This document shows positions 49,216-60,800 of a stretch of 64,000 nt of DNA, piece by piece (the first letter of the stretch is position 1; every line of letters starts with the position of its first letter). The notes under the pieces were generated by a model. That model did no database searches and had not been told where the DNA came from. It saw nothing but the letters and a program-made list of their open reading frames with translations. Source of the DNA: a virus (Duplodnaviria > Caudoviricetes); IMG/VR virus record IMGVR_UViG_3300037313_001002, positions 9,033-73,032 of that record; one strand, written 5' to 3'. The translations under genes were made by a program, and so were the position numbers.

Positions 49216-50460
49216 TTAATGCACCGTAATATTTTTCCTTTCCACGCTCAACAGGTACGCCGCCAACAGCACCATAGCCGCAACCTTTGGAAAGTGACAT
49301 ACAGCCCTTACCGTTACCTCGTTCCAGTTGTGCAGGTAGCCAATATCCCAAAAACCGTAATAGAGCCATTCTAAGCCATGTTCAGCCCCGACCAGTACAA
49401 AGTATAGTATCATTAACTTTCGTAGCCTACCATTGCGCATTTGCCAGAATTTAAAGGCTATAAAGCAAGCCAGTAGAACAATGACAGCATACTCGGTTTG
49501 TGATAAGTACATTTCGGGTGTGAGGTTCATTTCTTTCCTAACGTTTCTATTAAGGTTTTAAGGGAGTTTAATAAATTGAAATTTTGATTATTGGAGTTGA
49601 TTACCTTTTCGTTGGTTTCGTTCTGCCTTTCAAATTGTCGTTCTATGGTCTGCCGCCACATTTCACGTTCCTGCTTGTGATCCCTGTCCTTTTTGGCGTA
49701 CCATATAGCGAATACGATAAGGATAATACCGAGGATACCATAATTGGCTAATTCGTTCACATTACTTGCTTATTGATTTTTCCAAACCCCAAATGGCCTT
49801 TTCAAGACGTTCAAAGTTTTCATTGAGCCTTTCAATATCCGGCTTAACCTCATCCCTGATTAATGTCTTAACCATTTCCTTTTGCTTGTCAGAAAAGTAT
49901 TTGAATATCAAGTCGAAAGCTTTCCACAATAAACCAAATATGGTTAAATAAGGCAGCAAGTCCTCGAACAGTTGAAGCCATTGATTAGAAGGTATAGGTG
50001 GTTGTGCCATCGTTTTTGTATTCATTGTAAATTCTCTAAATATATAAAATTTCGGCTAATCTCAAAACGGGTGTTTTAACGGTATTTTTTAGTATTTCAA
50101 TGTTCGGTTCCTGACTCCCGTCCACAATATAATGATTGTAGTCAGCAACACGGAGGTATTAAAGCAAATAGTGAGCCTGAACGTATCACTTAACCACCCA
50201 TGCCTGTTGGCTATAATAATCAGATAATTTGTCACTATAAGCCAAACACAAACTAAGTTAAACTGTTCATGAAAAAATCCTTTGAACTTTCCCATGTGGT
50301 CAATCAGGTGGAATAACAACATACCAAGCGTGAGATAGTTGTAAAAAAGTTTGACATAATGCACGTCCCAATAGGTATGGGTAAGTTCATAAATATACAG
50401 GTTAAATAACGCCGTATAAATACATATTACCGATAGTGTGAGTATTGTTCTGAACATCAT
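49216..50460 (-). CDS. Four membrane proteins (49216-49530, 49527-49760, 49762-50025, 50089-50460), holin/antiholin-like
   Basis: 1-4 hydrophobic helices each; two have a TM followed by a coiled coil; located between tail fibre and endolysin. Confidence 0.55.
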
Positions 50461-50645
50461 CCGTTATCGAGGACACATTGCTTTAGTACATTATCCCACA
50501 CATAACCTGTCGGGCATGTTGGTGGCGTTCCGTCTAAAGGATGCGCTATTTGAGCCTGCGCCAACACTTCTTCGCCAACGGCCTCATATCCGTAATGTTT
50601 TATTAGTTCTGCTACCTGATTTTTCAGGCTTTTTTCTGTTTCCAT
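50457..50645 (-). CDS. Small protein with Cys-containing C-terminal motif
   Basis: 'PTCPTGYVWDNVLKQCV'. Confidence 0.55.
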   Translation of the reverse strand: METEKSLKNQVAELIKHYGYEAVGEEVLAQAQIAHPLDGTPPTCPTGYVWDNVLKQCVLDNG

Positions 50646-50658
50646 TGTTGTTGTGATT

Positions 50659-53600
50659 TTAGTTATTAGCTATAATAATCCAATTTGCATTATTTGATTG
50701 TACTGAAACATATTTCCATTGTGCCGATAGTGCATAAGTAGTTGAACCATCGATGGTTTGAGAGCTTGTTGTCCCGACCGTTACGGCATTACCTGAACTA
50801 TCTATTTTCTTAATAATATATATCCGACCTGCACAGCCGACAGCCGTAGGAAGCGTCATAGTGAAGCCTGCACTCGTAGCATCCCCTGTTACGGTATAGT
50901 CGGTGTTGGTTAAGGTATAACCAGTGGTTTTGGCAGTTGTAGAAATAGCGGTAGAAAATGAGGTGGTCTGTATTTGAGAGCCATTGTCGGTAAAAGTACC
51001 TCCATGTTGAAATAGCGCATTACCGTTAGGAAAAATCTGGAATGATGATTGCGTAGCACCATTAGAACCGCCGCTGACATCAAAGATGAGTTTACCGGAC
51101 GACCAAGAATTGTAGATATGTGTATTGTTATCCGCATCCATAGCAGATATACGTCCGTAAACACTGCTATTGAACTCCGACCTGATTGCTGCTCCGTTCG
51201 GTTGAAAAATATCCCCTTGCGTACCAGTGTTAGCGGTTGTAGTTGCGGCCATTAATAACTGCCCGTGATAAAACTTAGCAGCCAACTTACTTCCGGCATT
51301 ATCACCTGCGTCGTTGTAAAATAGTATTCCCGATCCATTATAATGGTTTCTAAAAACCATATCGGCATTTGAATTGAGTAACTCAATTGTGTTTGTAATA
51401 AGATTATTGCCACCTGACCATGCGGATACCATTTTGGTTTGGTCTTTTATCACCCAATCCTGAGAACCTGGGGTCGGTGATGGAACGGTTGCCCCATATT
51501 CCCACAGATTGCCCATGATGTTCATTACTCCGTTGTACTTTGTGCCAGATGGAATGGACGATAAAACACCCATTTTACCGGATGTGTCCATACCGACTAT
51601 ATAATTATTATCCACGTCAGTTAACGGATAGAAATTTTTAAATCGCAATTTCCATAGATCGACCTGCCCATTGGCTGCGAGTGATTGTCCCAGCTTATAA
51701 ACTTGATTATTGATTAATGACTCTAAAACGTTAGCGCGTAAAGCATGTCCATAGTTATTCGGGTGCGTACCGATTCCAGTGAAATTTGAACCTAAATCAT
51801 CCAAAAATAGACCTCCGCTATTTTTTGTAGCTGTATAAATATCAGCTAAAATACTTCCATAGTTAGCGGCTTCAACCGCAGTTAACGAGTCTACGCTTTT
51901 GCGATACGCTTCTGTACTGGGGCTATTTCTTAAATTAGTAGTGCATAAAATAATCCTACCAGCAGGCCATCCTTTAGCAATAGTGGCATTCATTACCGTA
52001 TCCATTGCTGCCTTTAGGTGCGTTAAGTTATATCCGGAATTTGAAGTGTGTCCGTCAATATCATTGATATTAAAATCGTAAACTATATAAGAATAAGTTG
52101 AACCATAAGTGGGTATAGAAGATGTATTTTGTGTCATAGCATAACCACCACTATGGGATGGGTTTTCCCATGTTGATCCACTTACCGCGTTATTTACCTC
52201 TGTAAACCCAAGCATCCGGCAAAGCACCGTTGAGTAACGGTAATAGTTGCTTGTAGCATCTGAACCCGCAGCAATACTGTGACCAAAGAAAACAATATTA
52301 TTACCTGTTTTTTCAGGCAGGTTTGTGACGCCACCAAAATAAGTACTGTCAATGTTTAGATTAAAACCACCATTGCTTACATGCCTGTTTCCGGCCAATG
52401 TTCCATCTCCGCTATAAATAGTTGAACCGCCGCCTGAACCGTTACTTGCTGCTGTCAGCCTGCCTTTGCTGTCTACGGTGATGTTCGCATTGGTGTAGCT
52501 GCCCGGCGTTACTGCTGTGGTTACCAAAGTCGGGTTAGGATAGTTTCCCGTCAGGTCACCCCCTGCTGTCCCTGTTGGTGCAGCACCTGAATAAAAGTCA
52601 ACATTCCAAGATGCTGCCGTTGTCCCGCTCGTTAGGATACATTTAACGATAGCTGTGGTTCCTGTGGCTAAAGTCTGTACCGTATTGCCACCCGATGAAG
52701 TGACGGTCACAACCCCTGTGCTGTTGTTGCTGATTTTATAGGACATTCCCAAAACTAATGTTGAGGTAACAGGTAGCTGAACGGTTTGGGTTGTTGTCCC
52801 GGTGATAGTCGTTTGGTAAGGGGAATTAACCGCTAAAGTAGTAGTTGCGCCCGTTGAGTTGATGGACTGATAACCGCTTATAAAATTAGTGCCGTGAGTA
52901 TTTGAGTTTCCATCGTATTGCGCAATGACCGAAGCCGTAGGGGTTGCTGTAGCATCGGATATTAAAGTAACGTTCTGTGAACCATTGAACGAAGTGGCAC
53001 TGCTTGTCAGATTAAAGTGCTGACCGAAAGTAAGGGGGAAAGTTGTTGTACCACTGCCTTTTTTGCCGCCCCCACCAACGGTTACTGTCTGCCCAATAGG
53101 GGGTATTAATATTTCTGCAATATCTAAGCTATTAGCTGGTATAGACGGTATTGGTGGGATAGGGTCAGTTGAAAGCCCCCCGTTGTAAGCTGTTATTGTC
53201 GCCGTTGCATCAATTCCTAATATCGTATATTGATACCGTGTAGCATCCTGCGCCGGGATAGTTGTGTTTACTGCGCTACCTAAAGTATAGGTTAAATTAT
53301 TTATTCGATACGTACCTGTTGTGGTATGCGCTGTTGTCGGCCCCGTAATAGTTGTTACCATCCCGGTTAAAACAGTATTCACTAATTCAAGATCAGCCAA
53401 ACGGGCTACCTGTGTCGAATAAATAGGTGCATTAAGAACATTTAAGCTATCCGTTGTTAGCGAAAAGCCACCATTATGAACATATCTGTTTGAACTTAAT
53501 GTGCTGTCACCTGTGTAAATCGTTGTCCGGGTTGTGCCACCACCACCGCCTGTAACCCAGCTAAGCGTAGTGCCATTTGTCCCTAATACTTTACCCGATT

Positions 53601-54003
53601 GTCCTGTTATAGAGGGTAGTGCCTGACCGCCCCATTTATCAGAGTTAATGACCGTAAAAGGGTTTGAATAACTGCCGTTACCGCCAAAGTAAACAGTACT
53701 AAGGTAAAATGAACTGTCGGCAAAAGGATTTGGTGCTCTCCATTGACCGCCAAGATAAAACACTAAAGTGGTGTCCGATGTGCGTATGCCTATCATGCCA
53801 TCCCGCGGTGGTGCGTTGAAAGTCGTGGGGTTAGGGAATACAGGTACGGAAAGGTTGTACTGGTAGTCGCCGTTAGCCCACCCGAAATACTGACTGTTTT
53901 TGTTAGCACCGCTTGCGGGTGTTACGTTCTGCTGTGTTACTTTTTGTCCTTGACCGAAACAAAACAGCGGGATAAATGCTAATATATAAAGTAGTCTTTT
54001 CAT
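50659..54003 (-). CDS. Tail fibre/spike with internal SGNH (GDSL-like) esterase domain
   Basis: Thr/Gly/Ser-rich fibre; '[11 protein letters not shown]', 'FNIND', 'THPNNYGH'; common fibre C-terminus 'TMTLPTA...[16 protein letters not shown]...TIDG'. Confidence 0.8.
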   Translation of the reverse strand: MKRLLYILAFIPLFCFGQGQKVTQQNVTPASGANKNSQYFGWANGDYQYNLSVPVFPNPTTFNAPPRDGMIGIRTSDTTLVFYLGGQWRAPNPFADSSFYLSTVYFGGNGSYSNPFTVINSDKWGGQALPSITGQSGKVLGTNGTTLSWVTGGGGGTTRTTIYTGDSTLSSNRYVHNGGFSLTTDSLNVLNAPIYSTQVARLADLELVNTVLTGMVTTITGPTTAHTTTGTYRINNLTYTLGSAVNTTIPAQDATRYQYTILGIDATATITAYNGGLSTDPIPPIPSIPANSLDIAEILIPPIGQTVTVGGGGKKGSGTTTFPLTFGQHFNLTSSATSFNGSQNVTLISDATATPTASVIAQYDGNSNTHGTNFISGYQSINSTGATTTLAVNSPYQTTITGTTTQTVQLPVTSTLVLGMSYKISNNSTGVVTVTSSGGNTVQTLATGTTAIVKCILTSGTTAASWNVDFYSGAAPTGTAGGDLTGNYPNPTLVTTAVTPGSYTNANITVDSKGRLTAASNGSGGGSTIYSGDGTLAGNRHVSNGGFNLNIDSTYFGGVTNLPEKTGNNIVFFGHSIAAGSDATSNYYRYSTVLCRMLGFTEVNNAVSGSTWENPSHSGGYAMTQNTSSIPTYGSTYSYIVYDFNINDIDGHTSNSGYNLTHLKAAMDTVMNATIAKGWPAGRIILCTTNLRNSPSTEAYRKSVDSLTAVEAANYGSILADIYTATKNSGGLFLDDLGSNFTGIGTHPNNYGHALRANVLESLINNQVYKLGQSLAANGQVDLWKLRFKNFYPLTDVDNNYIVGMDTSGKMGVLSSIPSGTKYNGVMNIMGNLWEYGATVPSPTPGSQDWVIKDQTKMVSAWSGGNNLITNTIELLNSNADMVFRNHYNGSGILFYNDAGDNAGSKLAAKFYHGQLLMAATTTANTGTQGDIFQPNGAAIRSEFNSSVYGRISAMDADNNTHIYNSWSSGKLIFDVSGGSNGATQSSFQIFPNGNALFQHGGTFTDNGSQIQTTSFSTAISTTAKTTGYTLTNTDYTVTGDATSAGFTMTLPTAVGCAGRIYIIKKIDSSGNAVTVGTTSSQTIDGSTTYALSAQWKYVSVQSNNANWIIIANN

Positions 54004-56381
54004 ATTTTACTTGCCTTTCCATGCACCCGGATAATCACGGTATTTGTTGTAATTGTAAAACTTATCGTTGTTGTCGCTGTGCCGCCCAAATTAGTTGCGC
54101 TGACTGTATAAGTCGTAGAACCCTGCACTACACTTGGTGTACCACTAATAACCCCAGTTGTGGTTGAAAAGAATAAACCCAAAGGCTGTACAGGGCTGAT
54201 AGACCAACTAACAGCCGAACCACCCGTATTACTTGGAACTATATTTGATATAGGTGCGTTTACAGGGAATGAATAACTATTTGGTGAATAGCTTATCACA
54301 GGTGGTGGTGGTAAGTTAACGGTTATCGTTAAATTAAAATGGCTTACGCCTGAAATATTTGTCGCTGTAACCGTATAAACTGTTGTTGCCGTTACTGCCG
54401 TAGGCGTACCGCTTATTACGCCATTAGAAGTGTTTAAAAGCAGTCCTAAAGGCAAAGCAGGGCTGACTGTCCAAGTGCTTGAACTTCCACCTGAATTTGT
54501 TGGCGTTAGGTTAGAAATGGGTGTTCCCACCAAGTACGTTTGAGGGCTGCTGTAACTGATATTTGGTGCAGGGGGATTAACGGTGATACTAACCGATGTT
54601 GAACCTGAACCGCCTGAATTTGTCGCCGTAATCGAATACGAAGTTGTAACCAACGTACTTGACGGTGTGCCTGAAATAACGCCTGTTGAGGTGTTAAAAG
54701 AAAGCCCCGCACCAATAGCCGGGCTAATGGCATAGGAAACAACAACCCCACCTGTGTTATTTGGGGTCATGGGAGTTATTGGACTTCCTTGCGTAAAAGT
54801 CACCACCGATGGGGTATAGCTGATAACCGGGGGTAACGCATTGACGATAATGGTTAAAGGTGCTGTCCCGCTACCTGCCGTATTCGTGGCTGTAATGGTA
54901 AAAGAACGGCTTGCGGTCACCGTAGTCGGTGTTCCTGAAATAATGCCCGTAGAAGTGCTGAAACTAAGCCCCAAAGGGAGTGTACCTGTTAATGCCCAAC
55001 TCGTAGCGGGGCCACCTGTATTGACCGGGGTTAACGCTGCCGCAACACCCACATAAAGTATAACCGTTGACGGGGTGTAGGAAATAACCGGGACGGTGGA
55101 ACCGGGGTTAAAAACAATATTACTGCCCAATGTCACGAAAGAAGAAAGCACCGACACACCTAAAAATGTACCAGTTGGCGTTACGCCTGTCCCTACAATG
55201 TTATTAACGACAATGGTAGTTAAAGAATAAGCCCCGATCAGTTTTGGCGTAAAGCCTGAAAAAACGCAGGTGTTGATGGTCAGGTTGCCGATAGCCGTAT
55301 CTTCAAAAATTGCCTGTGTGGTGTTGTTTCCGGTGGCGTTCCAGTTGTTCATCGTAAAGCCGTTGGCATAATGTAAGTATAAAGCCTGTGTGGTGGTGCT
55401 TAAAGTCACGTTATTAAACACATCGTTGATAGGTGTTGAGGTGTGAATATTGACCTCAATAGGGTAGGGATTTGTCCCGGTCAGCCCTGATATATTGGCT
55501 TTTTGAATGGTGTCGGCCAAATTTGCCGTTGTACCGTCAAAAAGAAAACCGATATGCCCCGATGTGATGGTCGTGGTGTCTAAACTGCATTGCGGGCTGT
55601 CACCCAATTCCACCGACTCTAAGCTTTGCCCGGAAAAGGTGTTGTGGTTGGTAAACGTCCTTGTACAACCCTGAACGATAGAAAGACCTATGGTTCCGTT
55701 GGTAAAGGTGTTTCCCTTTATCGTAGAGCCTGTAACGTTCCGAATCTCAAAACATTCCCCTGCCGTAGAGGTCGGGTTGACAGGCATGGTGATGGTATTG
55801 CCGTTGATGGTCGCGCCCGACATTACCCCCGGCGAAACGGCACGTACAATCAATGCCGCCTGCGGTACGCTTACCCCCTGTAGGGTTCTGTTGATGGTAT
55901 TGTTGGTTACCGTTAGTCCTGTTACCGTATTGGATGAGGCCACTAAAGATACCCCTAAATAGCCTATATCGCTTATCGTATTATTGGTTATCGTCTGCCC
56001 TGAAAAGTTACCGCCTACGATAGCATAGGCCGGAAAGGTGTGTATGGTGCAAAACTGTACGGTGGTATTGGCCGCCGCCATAGAGATACAGTAAGAACCG
56101 CCTGAACTGACTACATTGGTCAGCCCGACATAAGTTCCCCCTTGTAAGGTTTTTCCGGCAGTGTTCATCACGAACATAGCCCCTGTCCCGGTTCCGGTGA
56201 TGGTGCTTCCTGTGAAGTTTACGCTGTTAGTTATCCTGACTTGTGTGATGCTGTACGTCCCTGCGGGATACGTTCCACCGCCACCATCGATGAATGATTG
56301 TATTGCCGCTGTATCGTCCCCAAAACAAAGTAATGGCAGAATAAATAGGAGCAGGGGAAGGAGAGCTTTTTTCATCATCAC
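54000..56381 (-). CDS. Right-handed beta-helix plus four putative Ig (He_PIG-like) repeats; virion appendage
   Basis: Parallel beta-helix repeats ('[11 protein letters not shown]', 'TINGNTIT'); four 'ISY.P...P.NTGG....W...LP.GL.F.TSTG.ISGTP' repeats; signal-like N-terminus. Confidence 0.8.
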   Translation of the reverse strand: MMMKKALLPLLLFILPLLCFGDDTAAIQSFIDGGGGTYPAGTYSITQVRITNSVNFTGSTITGTGTGAMFVMNTAGKTLQGGTYVGLTNVVSSGGSYCISMAAANTTVQFCTIHTFPAYAIVGGNFSGQTITNNTISDIGYLGVSLVASSNTVTGLTVTNNTINRTLQGVSVPQAALIVRAVSPGVMSGATINGNTITMPVNPTSTAGECFEIRNVTGSTIKGNTFTNGTIGLSIVQGCTRTFTNHNTFSGQSLESVELGDSPQCSLDTTTITSGHIGFLFDGTTANLADTIQKANISGLTGTNPYPIEVNIHTSTPINDVFNNVTLSTTTQALYLHYANGFTMNNWNATGNNTTQAIFEDTAIGNLTINTCVFSGFTPKLIGAYSLTTIVVNNIVGTGVTPTGTFLGVSVLSSFVTLGSNIVFNPGSTVPVISYTPSTVILYVGVAAALTPVNTGGPATSWALTGTLPLGLSFSTSTGIISGTPTTVTASRSFTITATNTAGSGTAPLTIIVNALPPVISYTPSVVTFTQGSPITPMTPNNTGGVVVSYAISPAIGAGLSFNTSTGVISGTPSSTLVTTSYSITATNSGGSGSTSVSITVNPPAPNISYSSPQTYLVGTPISNLTPTNSGGSSSTWTVSPALPLGLLLNTSNGVISGTPTAVTATTVYTVTATNISGVSHFNLTITVNLPPPPVISYSPNSYSFPVNAPISNIVPSNTGGSAVSWSISPVQPLGLFFSTTTGVISGTPSVVQGSTTYTVSATNLGGTATTTISFTITTNTVIIRVHGKASKI

Positions 56382-56385
56382 TTAT

Positions 56386-57797
56386 TTATGGATATAATGC
56401 ATAAGAGAACACCGTTAAGAATTGTCCTTCAACTATACCCGGTAAATTACCTGTATCGCTTAATATAAAACCGCCGCTTGGTACTAAAATATAATCAGTT
56501 CCAAAAACCAATCCCGTCAATTGAGGACTTGTTAAAACCATAAACGGATTGAAGCCTTTCCATGCACTATTGTAATAGGTATTTCTGGTAACCCCGCCAT
56601 CTGGTGAGTTGTCTGTACTCATCACATCCCACGTTACCTCAATTGGTGGTGGGGTCATAACAGGCACAACAACGCTGATAATACCATTATTCATCTGAAA
56701 ATTAGGGTCAATTGTATTAGTTTCGGTATCCAATCCGACTAAATCACAAAGGCAATTATATTTTTTGATAAAATACTTTGAAGTAAAATCACCTAAATTA
56801 TACTGATTCTGAACAGCGTTAATAGTTAGAAAGTACCGCCATGACGAAAACCAATTGACATTATTACAGCCCCCTGCTTCCTTATTCGCATTGGCGAGAA
56901 CAAGGGTAGCCATTTGCTGTCGTGCAGAAAATAATTTATCTTGTATCTGCTCCTGCGTAGGCATGTTTTACCCTCCTGTTATTGAGTTAACTAATTTATT
57001 AGCAAATGCAATACAAGTATTTGCCGCAACACCGTTAGCGGAAAGTGAGTATCTTTCTCCGGCAGCGCGAAGTAATTCCGCCTTGAACATGGTAAAGAAA
57101 TTATTTTGAGAGCCACAGCAGCCAAGTGCTACCATAGCCTGTAAAAAAGCTGCTAAATAAATTCCTTCGGCAAAATAATTCAAAGTGCATTCATATAATC
57201 CTGTATCATCTACAACAACCAATATAAAAGATAAATACTGGTCTTGCGTAACCGGGACTTCCTGTATTATACTTAGCCCCATATCAAAAGGTGGGTATAA
57301 CGGATTACCATCAGCATCATTCACAGTGAGTGTACGCCCCAAAATTGTCCCATATCCGGTTCCGGTATCGGTAAAGGTAAGGGTTAACCCATCTATACTT
57401 GAAACGACACTGCCTGAACAAACTACGCTCATAATATTACACTTGCTCCTATTTTACCAGTGATATTACCACCATTACTTACCGATGCTACTATTCTCCA
57501 TGTTCTCGGTAATGGCAAATTAGCTACTGAATTTGCTGATGCGATACATCCCGGATAAACAGTAAGAACCGTGTTCCCTGTCCCACTGATAGCCGATGAA
57601 GCAAGCAGGTTGTAGTATTGCCCGGTAGCCAAATCCTTACCCTGTATGGTTACTGTTACATTACCACTTAAAACAGCAGTGATATTAATAACCAGAATAA
57701 GTCCCCTGCCGTATTCATTGATTTGATCGGGTGATGGGTTTGAGCCACTTGACCCCGCAAGGACTAATAGTGACTTTAAGTCTTGATTTGCTACCAT
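56386..57797 (-). CDS. Three probable virion structural proteins (56386-56964, 56968-57432, 57429-57797)
   Basis: Tightly coupled beta-rich ORFs between the giant protein and the appendage genes. Confidence 0.6.
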
Positions 57798-57813
57798 GTC
57801 GCTAATTTAATAA

Positions 57814-60800
57814 TTAATCTCCTTCTTTTTCTTGCTCCCTTGCAATGGTCTTTTCTAAATCCTGTTGTCCTTTTTCGATGTAGTGTTTTTTTATCTCATC
57901 GTTGCCATGCGGAACAAACATATACGGTAAAGCCATGTTCAGCACAAACCCCAAAGGGCTGCCTGCTTCATCTAACCTGTCTGAATTGTCTATCTGCTTT
58001 AAGCCAAATAAAGATTTTTCATAGCCTGTCTGATTATTGAGCGCATTCAAGCCTATATTTACAAAAGGGTTGACTTCCTTAACGGCTGAATAAGTATTGG
58101 CTATGGGTTGCGTGCCAAAAGGTGTGGCTTTAACCTTTTTAAATAATTGTGGTGCAGGCTTTCCTTTATCATCTCTTAATCCTGTTATATAAGGTGCAGA
58201 ACCTGTTGTAGCGGCGGTGGCGAATTGAACTGCCGGGGATGAGGTAAAAGGGCTTAAAGCAGTGTTTAAAGCCTGTGTAGCCCCTGCTTCTACGGTTTGT
58301 CCCGGCGTTCCACCTAACTGATTGGTTTCGTAAGCCTTTTCAGCACCAATCACCCTTGCGCCTCTTTCAAATACAGGGTTATTCAATCGCCACAAATCAA
58401 TATCTTCCCAATCGCCATTCTTATCGGTAAAAAATTGTTGGGTTAAATCGTTCTTAGCCCAATCGGGAAATGGTATTCTGCCCAATTTACTACTCTCATC
58501 TTCCCACGGCCACTTTCCTGTTTGAGCGTGATAAATGAGCATCCATGAACCTACCGTTCCGATAACGCCATTTGTTATCAATTGCGCCGCTTTATACCGG
58601 GCAAATTGTGCAGGGTTGGCTTTCGCATCTATCGGCAATGGATTTGCACCAAAAACAGACTTTAACCCGCTCCGGTAAATAGAAGAACCAAAAGTATAGT
58701 AAGGGAAAAGCCCTGTTTCCTTTATCTGTCGTTCTATTTTGGATTGTAACGCTTTGGTGTACACGCCCAACTCGTTTTGCATCTTGACGTGCTGCTCCGG
58801 CGTAGCATCAGGGTTCATGGCTTTCACCAAATTATACATCATCACCCTTGCTTTAAGGTCTATGGATTTTTCACCATACAGAATGGGTGAGAAATCTGTG
58901 ATATTGGGAATATCCAGTTTTCCCAATTTAATGCGCGATGCTTTTGCACCTGTCAATTCGGCAAATTCCCTGCTCCATGTTTTCGTCCATGTCTTTTCAG
59001 GAATAACGCCCAACTTTGACATTTCCTGTATGGTCTGTAAAGCCTTATCACTGGAAATATCGGTGTTCAGTATTTTAAATAGCCCTGTCCATTTTTTCAC
59101 AAAGGTGTTATTCGCTGCATAACCGCCTGCTTCACCTGCTATGCCGTTCTTATAAGCCCATTCCTGCATAAAAGGTACAGAATTAGTAATAACACCAAGC
59201 ATCCTGTAGGAGTGCGCTATGGCTTCTGTCGGCCCCCCTAAAGCCACTTTGGTCAAAAAGTTAAATGCCTTACCAAAAGCATTGTACCTATCCACTTCAT
59301 CCGTAGAATTAAAGATAGGGTCAAGTTCACCCTTTAACCATTTAGGCATCATTACATATTTGGACTTGGTATTGATAATATTGCCGTCCTGAATAATGGT
59401 ACGTCCCTCGGAAACTTTTTCTTTTACCGCGTCAAAAACATCATTGCCTATCTGTATTTTTTCGGTATCAGGGGCATTATGCGAAACATCATGTATCAGA
59501 CCCACTCTTTTCAGTTCATCAAGCGCATTAGCTTTGTTGTTGACTTTTATAGCAGCGGTGAGCTTATTTCCTAAATCGGCTATTTCGGTACTGTACCTAT
59601 CCGATTGTCCCGTAGCAAACCTGTTTAAAATGTTATCAGGTTCATTATAAGGTTTCCCTTTGGCTATAAAACGTGGTTTGGCTGCATTTTCAGCAATAAG
59701 GGGATAGTAGGTTTTTAAGTCTCCCAAATCATCGCTGAAAATACCCTCGTTACTTTCATGGCTTTCCGCTATCGGCTTTTCAAGCAGTTTCTTGTAAACC
59801 TCCAATGCTTGCTGCATCTTTGGGTCTGTAAATTTGCCATCCTTTACCATTTCATCGAACGGTATTCCTAAAGTCAGTACATTATCTGCCGCTTTTCTGA
59901 ATACGTTAGCCAAATATTCTTTCGCTTCGCCGTAACGTCCGCTTGCTATCAGAGAAACGGCGAATTTACCGGGATTGGTTTCCTGCTGTAGTGGTTTTAG
60001 GTTTTTGACAATATCGTACATATTGCCTTTTTCACCGTCATCAAAAATGGTCTTTACCTTGTCATCTGACATATTAGCCACTTCATCGGCATACCTGTTC
60101 CACCTGTCGCGTATTCCTCTTAACCTGCTTTCCACCAATGCTTCGCGCATTTTCTGCCATCCATCTTTACCAACAAGTTTTGTTATTGCCTGTGTGGCTG
60201 TTTTTAGGATAACGCTTGCCTGTGATTTTGAGGTCGCGTATTTTCGTACCTCACGATAGGGTTCAAAGTCCTGTATATCTTTAGAAAACTGTTTAAGCTG
60301 TTCAAGGTTACGAATAGCGTAACTTCTCAATCCTGACAGTTTAGAGTATTTCTGCTTTTCCTGCGGTGTTTCCTCCTGTTCAACTTTGGGTGTTGGCAAA
60401 CGTCTTGTAGTTGCGGGTTGGTAATCAGGCAATGATGCTTTATCTTCTTCCCCACGTAACACTTTCAGGTCATTACGCATAAAATCGTCCAACTCCTTTA
60501 AAGAGTTATACTGCGCACGTTCTGCTTTAGGCAGGTTTGCTACATGCGCGGCGTAGGCGGCTTTTAAAGCATCAAAATCATCATCGGTAACCTTATCTTT
60601 GCCAAAGGTATCAATCCAGTCTTTCACCATTTCGTGAAACTTATGGATACCTACATCGGCATACGCCTTAATAACCTTAACGAATTTAGACACCAGCTCA
60701 GGATCTAAGCCTGTGTTAAGTTGTCCGCGTGATTTTTTGAGTGCTTTGGACAGTTCTGTCTTAGCATCCTGTAACTTATTTTTCAGGTCGTCCGATTTGC

